Part shown: positions 9,686 through 18,910 of the stretch, piece after piece
Position numbering within the stretch: the first letter of the stretch is position 1
Layout: every line of letters begins with the position of its first letter
Assembly: GCA_002869015.1 (NCBI GenBank)
Contig: PKTT01000007.1
Location: 558 to 64,557 of the forward strand
Source of the DNA: Deltaproteobacteria bacterium
GTDB lineage: Bacteria; Desulfobacterota; Deferrisomatia; Deferrisomatales; BM512
Direction: 5' to 3'
DNA: 64,000 nt
Made by a program: the position numbers and the translations under genes
Notes under the pieces: generated by a model
Told to the model about the DNA's origin: nothing
Databases searched by the model: none
Seen by the model: only the letters and a program-made list of their open reading frames with translations

Positions 9686-10762
9686 CTATATTAACCTGAA
9701 CTTTTGGCTGTAACGGTTGATTATTACCTTTGCCAAATCCCTCGGCGTCGGTATTGAACCTCCGGGGCGTCCATAGAAGTTGACGTTTGCCGAACCCTCC
9801 AGGGAGAGCTTAACGTCCTCAATCATCTGGCCCGCGTTAAGCTCAAACACGAGGAACTCTTTGACGCGGTCTGCGAGCTGCCTTACCACATCGGAGGGGA
9901 AGGGCCAAAGTGTTATAGGACGGAGCATCCCAACCTTGAGACCCTCTGCTCTTGCCCTGCGTATAGCCCCCTTTGCGACGCGCGCCGCGGTGCCGAAAGC
10001 TACGATGACCATCTCAGCGTCATCGAGCTCATACTCCTCGTAGCGCACTTCGTTTTCCTGAATCTGTTTATATTTTCGCTGGAGCTTCCAGTTGTGGTCC
10101 TCTAGCTCCTTGGGCTCCAGTATAAGAGATAACCTAGCGCGGCTCTTTCGTTTGCCGCGCATACCGTCAACCACATAATCTTTATCTGGCAAAGAGTCCA
10201 GGGCGCGCATTTCAGGCAGGATAACCGGCTCCATCGTATTACCCATCATTCCATCAGCCAAAATGATCGACTGGGTACGGTATTTGTCCGCCAGGTCGAA
10301 AGCAAGGTAGGTCAGATCCGCCATCTCCTGCACATTGCCAGGGGCAAGCACAATCATCCTGTAATCGCCGTGGCCTCCGCCGCGGGTCATCTGAAAATAA
10401 TCCGATTGACTACCTGCAATATTTCCCAGCCCCGGACCACCGCGGACAACGTTGGCGATTACAGCTGGCAGCTCATGTCCGGCAAGAAAGCTCATCCCCT
10501 CCTGCTTCAAGCTAATGCCAGGGCTTGAGGAACTCGTCATCACCCTGCCGCCTGCTGCGGATGCGCCAAGCACCATATAGATAGAGGCGATCTCCGACTC
10601 AGCCTGAATGAATGTTCCACCAACCTCAACCATGCGCCCCGAGAGATACTCCGGCACATCGTTTTGTGGAGTGATGGGATATCCGAAATAGTAACGGCAC
10701 CCAGCCCTGACGGCAGCCTCCGCCATGGCGTTGTTGCCGCGCATCAATACCTTTTCAGCCAC
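9686..10762 (-). CDS. 2-oxoacid:ferredoxin oxidoreductase, alpha subunit
   Basis: Typical N-terminus (LMRGNNAMAEAAVRAGCRYYFGYPITPQ). 358 aa, positioned between the delta and beta subunit genes. Confidence 0.9.
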   Translation of the reverse strand: MAEKVLMRGNNAMAEAAVRAGCRYYFGYPITPQNDVPEYLSGRMVEVGGTFIQAESEIASIYMVLGASAAGGRVMTSSSSPGISLKQEGMSFLAGHELPAVIANVVRGGPGLGNIAGSQSDYFQMTRGGGHGDYRMIVLAPGNVQEMADLTYLAFDLADKYRTQSIILADGMMGNTMEPVILPEMRALDSLPDKDYVVDGMRGKRKSRARLSLILEPKELEDHNWKLQRKYKQIQENEVRYEEYELDDAEMVIVAFGTAARVAKGAIRRARAEGLKVGMLRPITLWPFPSDVVRQLADRVKEFLVFELNAGQMIEDVKLSLEGSANVNFYGRPGGSIPTPRDLAKVIINRYSQKFRLI

Positions 10763-10967
10763 GCCACACCTCGATTATCGCTTCGGGGCAAACCACCGCG
10801 CAGATAGAGCAGCCGGTGCACTCCTCCCCTACCTGCTCTGCGTAGAAATACCCCTTGTCATTATAATTTTCAGAGATTTTCAAGACTGACTGGGGGCAGT
10901 GTTCGACACAATAACCGCATGACTTGCACTTTTCCCTGTCTATTTCGACTTTTCCCTTCTTCGACAT
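10755..10967 (-). CDS. 2-oxoacid:ferredoxin oxidoreductase, delta subunit (2x[4Fe-4S] ferredoxin)
   Basis: Two CxxCxxCxxxCP motifs (CKSCGYCVEHCP, CTGCSICAVVCP). The ATG at 10967 is the likely start; the track start at 11000 is GTG. Confidence 0.8.
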   Translation of the reverse strand: MSKKGKVEIDREKCKSCGYCVEHCPQSVLKISENYNDKGYFYAEQVGEECTGCSICAVVCPEAIIEVWRG

Positions 10968-11565
10968 CGCCGGTTCCACTCTCTCTTCGAGGGAAAACAC
11001 TTCCCATAAGATGAAATCCAGAAAAAAACACTAAGTGCGAAAGAATGTACGCTTATCCCCTCTTTGTCAAGGATAAGCCCGCCACTACTGAAAAATCCGG
11101 TGAAGACGAGATTTTGCCACCCTCAGCCCCCTCTAAATTACGGAGTAAATATCTCCAGATATCTTCATCTTTTTTCACCATTTTGCCCATGGCTCTCAAT
11201 CACAAGGCCTGGCAATTGATAAAAATCAAACGCTATTTAAAATCTACCTTACGCTTCCGTTCGCGTAATGATAACCATCAAACTTTTAAATACTATTTTT
11301 TAGCCATTGTTGTGATTATCCAGCATTTCCGCCATTTCTATGTTTGATAGTAGGAAATATATCATTGGCAGCATTGACGCCCCCGGGAAGTATTTTTGGC
11401 AAAAAAACGCCTATATAGCGCTATTTTTAGAGAGGCCAGCGCCGTCCAACGTAGCCACAAAACAGTCTTTTTCTATGTATTTCAAATAGTTAACGTATTA
11501 TTTAGCTCGAAATATCCGGTTTAAATAAATTTCCGTCAAGGTTAAGCAAAAAGAGGAAATTTGGA

Positions 11566-11595
11566 TTGACGTTGAATTTCAAACAATGTTAGAAA
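11566..11595 (+). promoter_or_regulatory. putative sigma70-type promoter of the ABC/ligase operon leader
   Basis: TTGACG (11566-11571), an 18-nt spacer, then TAGAAA (11590-11595). It lies just upstream of the structured leader. Confidence 0.3.
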
Positions 11596-11619
11596 ACCTA
11601 TTAGTGTTTTACCAACCAA

Positions 11620-11810
11620 GTGACCGGTAGCAGGCGCCCCTCCGCCGGGGGGAGACACCCCTAAAAATGGGGAGGACTAAGGTGAGAGTACCTAGCCGCT
11701 ATCGGTATCGTTGTCTTAAGGGACTACCTTAAGGACGGATTTTGACTTGTTGGGGTTGATAAGAATTTAATTTGAAAAGGTTGCGCCTTTACTTTTAAGG
11801 CGTTTTATTG
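11620..11810 (+). promoter_or_regulatory. structured 5' leader (candidate riboswitch/attenuator) upstream of the Liv-type ABC operon
   Basis: A 9-bp closing helix (ACCGGUAGC 11623-11631 with GCUAUCGGU 11698-11706) encloses three short hairpins. Two terminator-like hairpins follow: 11713-11743 (then GGAUUUU) and 11783-11809 (then UUUAUU). Confidence 0.4.
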
Positions 11811-11826
11811 AACTCGCTACAGTGGA

Positions 11827-12603
11827 TTGATACCGGATCAGATGAACAAACTGACAGTAAGCGACGTAACGCTCACCTTTGGCGGCCTAAACGCATTGAC
11901 AAGCGTTAACATGACGATTGAGCCGGGTCTTATTACATCAATAATCGGCCCAAATGGAGCTGGCAAAACCAGCATGCTCAACTGCGTCTCAGGATTTTAT
12001 CACCCGACTTCAGGGGAGATTCACTACGGCGAGCACCGGCTGACTCACTCCTCCCCCCACGAGATATCAATATTGGGGATCGCAAGGGCCTTCCAGAATC
12101 TGGAGCTTTTCAGGGGGCTATCGGTGCTGGACAATCTCCTCTTGGCGCGCCATAAGCACCTTGATTATTCCTTCCTTTCAGCCTTCTTTTACACACCGAA
12201 GACCTCCCGGATAGAAGCTGAGAACCGCGCCTTCGTCGAAGATATTATTGATTTTATGGAGCTTGAGCCATACCGAAAGCAGTTGGTCGGCAACCTCAGC
12301 TATGGTGTCCAGAAAAGAGTCGAGGTCGCTAGAGCACTCACCCTCGGCCCGGAACTACTCTTACTTGACGAACCCATGGCGGGCATGAACATTGAGGAGA
12401 AGGAAGACATCGTTCGCTTTATCATGGATATCAAGCAAGAGCGCAATACAACCGTTGTCCTCGTCGAGCATGACCTTGGCGTTGTCATGGATATCTCCGA
12501 CCAGATTTACGTTCTCGATTTCGGCGAGCTGATCGGCTCCGGCACCCCGGAGGCGGTATCAAAGAATGAGCGGGTGATTGAAGCCTACATAGGGGAAGAA
12601 TAG
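11827..12603 (+). CDS. ABC transporter ATP-binding protein, LivG-like
   Basis: Walker A (GPNGAGKTS), signature (LSYGVQKR) and Walker B (LLLLDEP). The track start is TTG; the ATG at 11842 (MNKLTV...) is an alternative. Confidence 0.85.
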   Translation: MIPDQMNKLTVSDVTLTFGGLNALTSVNMTIEPGLITSIIGPNGAGKTSMLNCVSGFYHPTSGEIHYGEHRLTHSSPHEISILGIARAFQNLELFRGLSVLDNLLLARHKHLDYSFLSAFFYTPKTSRIEAENRAFVEDIIDFMELEPYRKQLVGNLSYGVQKRVEVARALTLGPELLLLDEPMAGMNIEEKEDIVRFIMDIKQERNTTVVLVEHDLGVVMDISDQIYVLDFGELIGSGTPEAVSKNERVIEAYIGEE

Positions 12604-12607
12604 ATAA

Positions 12608-14536
12608 ATGAGCGACAAGAAAGAGTTCTTGAAATACACAATCCCCCAGTTGTTGCGCCACCGCGCCGAGTTGAGCCCCGACAAGGTTGCTTTACGAGAG
12701 AAGGATTTCGGTATATGGCGCTCCCTGACCTATTCCCAGTATTACGATCTGGTTAAGAAAACCGCCCTGGGCCTTGAGGAGATAGGCGTGGGTGAAGGCG
12801 ATATTGTTGTTCTTATAACCGACAATATCCCGGAGATGCTCTTTATCTCGATCGGCACTCACGCCGTAGGAGGCATGAGCGCAGGCATCTACCAGACTAG
12901 CCTGCCCCACGAGATCGCCGACATCTTGAACTACATGGAAGCAACCGTTGTCTTCTGCGACGACCAGGAGCAGGTGGACAAGCTAATAGAGGTCAGGGAT
13001 AAGATTCCCGCTGTCAGGAAAGTGATCTTTGAAGACCCTCGCGGTATGCGCAGTTACTTCTCAGACCCATGGTTCATGGATATAACCCAGCTCTATGAGA
13101 TGGGCGAGAAAAAACTTGCTGAGGGCGGAGCAAAGCATCTTGACGAGTTGATAGACAAGGGCAAACCCAGCGATGGTTGTCACCTTTGCTTAACCTCGGG
13201 CACCACCGGCATCCCAAAGGGTGCCATAATGACACACACCAACTATATAAACATGGGCATAGCGCTAACCGAAGTGGACCCACTTAAAGAGTCGGACGAA
13301 TACGTCTCATTCCTACCCTTCGCCTGGATTGGCGAGCAGATGAACTCCTTCGGCGTCGCCCTAGCCACCGGCATCACAATCAACTTCCCTGAGTCGGTCG
13401 AGACGATGATGTCGGATTTGAAGGAGATCGGGCCACATTTCATCTTCGGCGCACCGCGCATCTACGAAACAATCCGATCAAATATCTGGCTTAAGATTGA
13501 TGAATCCTACGCCTTCAACCGCGCCTGTTATAAATATTTCATCGCAAAGGGCGAGGAGGCGGCGCGTTATAAGATGGCGGGCAAAAAGATGCCCCTCTCG
13601 CTTGCCGTAATCTCAAAGCTCGGCCAGTGGCTCCTCTTAAACCCACTTATAAACCAGCTTGGCCTTCTCAGGCTGAGGAGAGCGTACACTGGCGGGGCGG
13701 CGCTTGGGCCTGAGCTCTTCACCTTTTATCAGGCTATTGGCGTCAACTTAAAGCAGATTTACGGACAGACGGAGATTACCGGTATCGCATACGTTCACCG
13801 CGACGGCGATGTTAAGCCTGACACGGTTGGCCTACCACTCCCGGGTACAGAGTGTAAGATATCCGAGGAGGGTGAGATCATGTCAAAATCGCCCTCAGTC
13901 TGCGCAGGTTACTACAAATTGCCTGAAGCTACAGAGGCGCTGGTCACCGATGGCTGGCTTCACTCTGGCGACGCCGGCTATATGGATGAGAACGGCCACC
14001 TCATAGTAATTGACCGTCTCTCAGACGTTATGCACAACAACAAAGATGAGATGTTCAGTCCGATGTTCCTTGAAAATAAGCTGAAATTCAGCCCCTACAT
14101 AAAGGAGGCGGTAATCTTTGGCGACAAGCAGGACTATGTCGCGGCGTTGATCAATATCGATCCTGTTATCGTCGGAAAATGGGCTGAGGATAGGGGAATA
14201 TCCTTCACGACCTTTATGGACCTCTCACAAAAGCCGGAAGTGGCAAAGCTAATCCGTGAAGAGGTGCTAAAGATAAACGCAAACGTTGAGAAGGACTACT
14301 TCCGCATCCACCGCTTCGGCATCCTATACAAATTGCTCGACGTCGATGATGGAGAGCTGACAAAGACCGGCAAGATACGCCGCGAATTCGTCAAAAACCG
14401 CTACATGGAGCTCTATGACGCACTCTATGACGAGTCCGTATCGGTAAAACGCGTATCGGCGATCTTCCAGTATCAGGATGGTCAGACAACTACTGTCGAT
14501 ACAGATATGGAATTTTACACCCTCGATATATCATAG
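12608..14536 (+). CDS. AMP-dependent acyl-CoA synthetase (long-chain/aryl acid-CoA ligase type) embedded in the ABC operon
   Basis: AMP-binding motif LTSGTTGIPKGA, plus YGQTE and a GWLHSGD-type motif. Length is 642 aa. Confidence 0.85.
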   Translation: MSDKKEFLKYTIPQLLRHRAELSPDKVALREKDFGIWRSLTYSQYYDLVKKTALGLEEIGVGEGDIVVLITDNIPEMLFISIGTHAVGGMSAGIYQTSLPHEIADILNYMEATVVFCDDQEQVDKLIEVRDKIPAVRKVIFEDPRGMRSYFSDPWFMDITQLYEMGEKKLAEGGAKHLDELIDKGKPSDGCHLCLTSGTTGIPKGAIMTHTNYINMGIALTEVDPLKESDEYVSFLPFAWIGEQMNSFGVALATGITINFPESVETMMSDLKEIGPHFIFGAPRIYETIRSNIWLKIDESYAFNRACYKYFIAKGEEAARYKMAGKKMPLSLAVISKLGQWLLLNPLINQLGLLRLRRAYTGGAALGPELFTFYQAIGVNLKQIYGQTEITGIAYVHRDGDVKPDTVGLPLPGTECKISEEGEIMSKSPSVCAGYYKLPEATEALVTDGWLHSGDAGYMDENGHLIVIDRLSDVMHNNKDEMFSPMFLENKLKFSPYIKEAVIFGDKQDYVAALINIDPVIVGKWAEDRGISFTTFMDLSQKPEVAKLIREEVLKINANVEKDYFRIHRFGILYKLLDVDDGELTKTGKIRREFVKNRYMELYDALYDESVSVKRVSAIFQYQDGQTTTVDTDMEFYTLDIS

Positions 14537-14589
14537 GAATCTTAGCATTAAGGCTAAGACGGTATAGCATAAGGATTAAAAAAGAGATC

Positions 14590-15483
14590 ATGACTTATTT
14601 TATCCAGCTCTTGATTAGCGGACTCGTAGTAGGATCTATCTATGCGCTCTCTGCGCTTGGGTTCGTCCTAATCTACAAATCCAGCCGGGTGCTAAACATC
14701 GCCCACGGGCAGATAATCGCCAGCGGCGCGTTTATCGCCTATGCCCTCACCGTTTACGCGGGTGTACCCTTAATCATCTCCTTCTTTCTCTCAATGGTGA
14801 TAACATTCTTCCTCTCAATGGCAGTAGAGCGTGTCTTTTTGAGGAGGCTGATAGGTGAGCCGATCATCTCGGTAATCATGGTTACAATCGGGTTGATGTC
14901 TATAATCGACGGCATTATCTACCTCACCCCCTTTGGCTCCACTAACATGTCCTTTCCCAAGTTTTTCCCACCGGAGCCATTGAATATCTTGGGGGCGACG
15001 GTTTCCTGGACCCAGGTTGTCGGCGTCGTCCTAACCGCTATAATCATAGCCGCCCTATCCTGGTTTTTTAAAAATTCAACGCTTGGCATCTCAATGCGAG
15101 CGGTCTCCGACGACCAGCTGGCCTCGATGTCCATTGGAATTTCGGTGCCCAAGGTCTTCGGGTTGGCTTGGGCGCTGGCAGGGCTAACCGCTGCTGCTGC
15201 CGGTGGTATTATCGGAAACATTACAGGGCTTAACTTTGACACCCTCCACGCCTTCGGCATCATCGTCTTTCCGGTTGTAATTCTGGGTGGACTTGACTCA
15301 ATTGGCGGCGCTGTAGTAGCGGGCGTGATCATGGGGCTAATTCAACAGTTCGCCGCCGGATATCTAGATGGCAACTGGGGTCTTCAGGGAACCGCCGAGG
15401 TACTCCCCTATATAATTCTTCTGATTCTTCTGCTGTTCAAGCCCCACGGGCTATTCGGCACTCACGAAATCGAGCGAGTATAA
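14590..15483 (+). CDS. ABC transporter permease, LivH-like
   Basis: Polytopic membrane protein. The typical LivH N-terminus (QLLISGLVVGSIYALSALGF) is present. Confidence 0.85.
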   Translation: MTYFIQLLISGLVVGSIYALSALGFVLIYKSSRVLNIAHGQIIASGAFIAYALTVYAGVPLIISFFLSMVITFFLSMAVERVFLRRLIGEPIISVIMVTIGLMSIIDGIIYLTPFGSTNMSFPKFFPPEPLNILGATVSWTQVVGVVLTAIIIAALSWFFKNSTLGISMRAVSDDQLASMSIGISVPKVFGLAWALAGLTAAAAGGIIGNITGLNFDTLHAFGIIVFPVVILGGLDSIGGAVVAGVIMGLIQQFAAGYLDGNWGLQGTAEVLPYIILLILLLFKPHGLFGTHEIERV

Positions 15484-15486
15484 ATT

Positions 15487-16581
15487 ATGGCGACCAATCG
15501 TTGGCTGGCCACCGGCAACTTCTTCACGACCTACAAGGAAGAGCAGCGAATCTTCCTGACCAACATAGACCGCCTATGCTTATGGCTACTTATCGCGGCC
15601 CTCTACGCCTGGCCTTTCTTTGTTGAGACTTCAAACAAGGGGATGCTTGTACTGGACAACATCCTGATTGCGATGGTAGCGATTCTTGGGCTGAATCTGG
15701 TCACAGGTTTTGCGGGGCTTATATCCATCGGCCACGCAGCCTTCGTCGGAGTCGGCGCCTACACCACCGCGCTCATCGCGAGTGGGCTGGGAACAGACCA
15801 CGTTTTCCTTACACATGCATGGCCTCTAGTAATAATCATCTCAGGGCTTGTGGGGGCGGTCTTCGGGGGCATTGTCGGCCTACCTGCGCTGAGGTTAAAG
15901 CATCTCTACCTGGCTATCGCGACCCTGTCGTTTCAGATGATCTTCCAGTGGGTAATAAACTTCTCGAAGCTCTTTAACCAAGGTCAGACGATGAGCGTGG
16001 GGAGGGTCTTCTGGCTGACAGGGAAGATAGGCCGAAAGGACCACTATCTTTTTTGGTATTTTGCCGTCCTTACAATTGTTGTCATATCAGGCTTCCTTGT
16101 GCGAAACCTCTTGAGAACTCGCTACGGAAGATGTCTGGTGGCGGTCAGGGACAATGACCGTGCAGCTGACGCGATGGGGATGCACCCGGGTTTTACCAAG
16201 GTGTATGCTTTTGCCCTGGCAGGCTTTTTTGCAGGCATTGCAGGGTCGCTTCACTGCTACCTTTACAGGGGTGCGGGAATTGAGTCCTTTACCCTGCACC
16301 AGTCAATTTCCTACCTGGCGATGGCAATAGTAGGCGGTCTGGGGACACTCTCCGGCTCCTTCTTTGGCCCTGCAGCCATCAGGCTCCTTGACCTTGGGGT
16401 GGAGAACCTCTCCTCCTGGGCAACTAATTTTTTGCCCTCAACCATGAATATCGCAACGGCACTCAGGCCTTTGACGTTTGGCCTTGTAATTGTGCTATTC
16501 TTAATGTTTGAGCCCCGAGGCATAGCCAACTGGTGGCGAATAATTAAAAGTTACTTCAAGTTGTGGCCTTTTAAATACTGA
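15487..16581 (+). CDS. ABC transporter permease, LivM-like
   Basis: Polytopic membrane protein with the GLISIGHAAFVGVGAY motif typical of LivM-type permeases. Confidence 0.85.
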   Translation: MATNRWLATGNFFTTYKEEQRIFLTNIDRLCLWLLIAALYAWPFFVETSNKGMLVLDNILIAMVAILGLNLVTGFAGLISIGHAAFVGVGAYTTALIASGLGTDHVFLTHAWPLVIIISGLVGAVFGGIVGLPALRLKHLYLAIATLSFQMIFQWVINFSKLFNQGQTMSVGRVFWLTGKIGRKDHYLFWYFAVLTIVVISGFLVRNLLRTRYGRCLVAVRDNDRAADAMGMHPGFTKVYAFALAGFFAGIAGSLHCYLYRGAGIESFTLHQSISYLAMAIVGGLGTLSGSFFGPAAIRLLDLGVENLSSWATNFLPSTMNIATALRPLTFGLVIVLFLMFEPRGIANWWRIIKSYFKLWPFKY

Positions 16582-16664
16582 TTTTACTTGAGCGGCCACG
16601 TAGCACCAATTTCATATTAATCGTAAACATGCCGCCTAAGGCGGCGAAAACAAAGGAGAGACTC

Positions 16665-17876
16665 ATGCGAAAGATGCTTATGGTCACTACCATTGGTCTT
16701 ATGGCGGCTTGCTTCGCCGTTTCGACCGCCCAGGCCGAGACTTACAAGCTCGCTATCTCACTGGCAATCACAGGCCCAACTTCCGACGCCGGCGCACCTT
16801 ACGCGAAAGGCGTAGAGGATTACGTCAAATACGCCAATGACGAGAAAATGCTCGGTGATGACATGATTGAGGTCCTCATCCGAGATGACCAGTACAAGAC
16901 AGATGTAACCAAGAGAAACTTTGAGGAGTTCCTTGATGAAGGTATTCCGATCTATCTAAACTACTCCACCGGCTCAACGCTGGCTCTTAAAAAAGACTTT
17001 GAAGAAGAGAAGATTGCGACGATCCCCGCCTCCTTCCACGCGGGCAACCTCGTTGACTCCAACTATATCTTCCTGCCCATCCAGTCCTACTCGAACCAGG
17101 TGATCGCACTTTCAGAGTACGTTGTAGAAAACAGCAAGGGTGGAGTACCCAAGGTAGCTATGTTCATCCACCCCTCCGCTTTTGGCCGCGGTCCCGTTGA
17201 GGACACCAAGGGAGCTGTAGAAAAGGGACTCAAGATGGATATCGTTGAGGTTGTTGAGCATGGCAAAGACCTCGACACCACCGCAACCTTGCAGCGCCTC
17301 ATGTCAAAAGGCGTTCAGTACATAATTTGTCACACAGTCCAGTCCCCCGTAGCGGTTCTCCTTAAAGATGCTGAGCGTCTAGGCATTGTCGCTTCATCCT
17401 TCGGCGAAGAGGGCAAAATAACCTTCCTCGGCGCGCACTACACCGGCGGTAACGACCTCATCGACCTTGCCCCCACAGCTTCAGAGAACTTTTACTGGAC
17501 CACCGGCTACACGCTCACCTCCGAGCCTGGCCCCGGCACCGACCTCCAGCTCAAGATTGCCAAGAAGTATGGTCGTGACGACAAGACCGCCAACTCCCAC
17601 AATTACACAAACGGTATGATGGTCACACAGGTGGCAATTGAGTCAATGCGTCGGGCTAAAGAGCACGGCAAAGAGATCAACAAAGAGACCCTTTATGACG
17701 AGCTGAACGCCATGAACGGCGACAACGCTTATGACCCCCTGACCACCACCGGCCCCGTCACCTTCTCCAAAGATGACCATGAGGGCGTGGACAAACTCCA
17801 GATTTACCGCGTCACGGATGGCGTCTTTAAATCCGTGGGAGAGCCTTTCGTCCCCAAATACGTGGTAAAGAATTAG
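16665..17876 (+). CDS. periplasmic substrate-binding protein, LivK/LivJ (type I PBP) family
   Basis: The start is moved to the ATG at 16665, which has AAGGAGAG 5 nt upstream. Signal peptide MRKMLMVTTIGLMAACFAVSTAQA. Confidence 0.85.
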   Translation: MRKMLMVTTIGLMAACFAVSTAQAETYKLAISLAITGPTSDAGAPYAKGVEDYVKYANDEKMLGDDMIEVLIRDDQYKTDVTKRNFEEFLDEGIPIYLNYSTGSTLALKKDFEEEKIATIPASFHAGNLVDSNYIFLPIQSYSNQVIALSEYVVENSKGGVPKVAMFIHPSAFGRGPVEDTKGAVEKGLKMDIVEVVEHGKDLDTTATLQRLMSKGVQYIICHTVQSPVAVLLKDAERLGIVASSFGEEGKITFLGAHYTGGNDLIDLAPTASENFYWTTGYTLTSEPGPGTDLQLKIAKKYGRDDKTANSHNYTNGMMVTQVAIESMRRAKEHGKEINKETLYDELNAMNGDNAYDPLTTTGPVTFSKDDHEGVDKLQIYRVTDGVFKSVGEPFVPKYVVKN

Positions 17877-17959
17877 TTTAGAGATTAACGGTTTGTGGCG
17901 GCAGCGCTAAAGTGCGCCGCCGCCACACCCTCTCTCAAACCCAAATACGGCGCAGGAAC

Positions 17960-18787
17960 ATGTCAAATATAGGTCAGGATTCAGCTGCCAGGCTCCTTGA
18001 AGTCAACAACATCGAGGTCGTATATAACGATATCGTGCAAGTGCTTCGCGGAGTCAGCATAGGCGTCACCGAGGGCAAAATCGTATCCCTCCTCGGAACG
18101 AATGGAGCAGGTAAAACTACAACGCTGAGGGCTATCAGTGGCCTTCTTAAGCCTGAAAACGGCCATATACGGGAGGGGTATATCAAGTTTGACGGCAACG
18201 ATATAACCAACGTATTGGGTACCAAAGTAGTTACCCTTGGTGCGGTTATGGTCCCTGAGGGACGGAGAGTCTTCAAACACCTCACCATAGAAGAAAACAT
18301 AAGAGCAGGCTCAACCACGCGCAAGGACGGCTCAAAAAAGATAAAAGCAGACTTTGACGCTATGTATCAACTCTTCCCCCGCCTAACTGAGATTGGAAAC
18401 AAGATGGCCGGTTACTGCTCTGGCGGAGAGCAGCAGATGATTGCCATAGCGCGCGCGATGATGGCAGCCCCCAAAATGCTCATGCTGGACGAGCCCTCAC
18501 TAGGCCTTGCCCCGCTCCTCGTAAAAGAGATATTCGAGAATATCAAACACATCAACAAGGAGATGGGGACGACAATCCTTGTTGTGGAGCAGAACGCTAA
18601 AATTGCCCTGGCAATCTCGGACTACGCCTACATAATGGAGTCGGGAAAAATCGTCCTTGAGGGCCACTCTAAGGAGCTCCAAAACAACCCAGACGTCAAA
18701 GAGTTCTACATGGGCATAACAAAGGGCGGAAACAGAAAATCATTTAAAGAGGTCAAGTCTTACAAGCGCCGCAAACGTTGGATGTAG
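17960..18787 (+). CDS. ABC transporter ATP-binding protein, LivF-like with basic C-terminal tail
   Basis: Walker A (GTNGAGKTT), signature (CSGGEQQM) and Walker B (MLMLDEP). The start is moved to the ATG at 17960, because the track N-terminal extension runs through a strong intercistronic hairpin. Confidence 0.85.
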   Translation: MSNIGQDSAARLLEVNNIEVVYNDIVQVLRGVSIGVTEGKIVSLLGTNGAGKTTTLRAISGLLKPENGHIREGYIKFDGNDITNVLGTKVVTLGAVMVPEGRRVFKHLTIEENIRAGSTTRKDGSKKIKADFDAMYQLFPRLTEIGNKMAGYCSGGEQQMIAIARAMMAAPKMLMLDEPSLGLAPLLVKEIFENIKHINKEMGTTILVVEQNAKIALAISDYAYIMESGKIVLEGHSKELQNNPDVKEFYMGITKGGNRKSFKEVKSYKRRKRWM

Positions 18788-18840
18788 AGTCCTTATAAAA
18801 GGCCAAACCCGTTAGCGTGCGGCCAAATAGGGTTAGACTG

Positions 18841-18869
18841 GGGAGCCGCCGCTGTTGGCTCCCTTCTTT
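18841..18869 (+). terminator. weak terminator-like hairpin after the LivF-like gene
   Basis: GGGAGCC / 9-nt loop / GGCTCCC, followed by TTCTTTAATT. Confidence 0.4.
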
Positions 18870-18910
18870 AATTATCGACACCCACTGATTAACTGTTGCC
18901 AGGAGGAATC

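Noticed and set aside
11045-11347. 100-aa ORF in the long AT-rich spacer
   Set aside because: AT-rich composition, no SD, and the translation has no recognisable motifs or hydrophobic pattern. It is treated as non-coding, and the spacer itself is listed as a finding.
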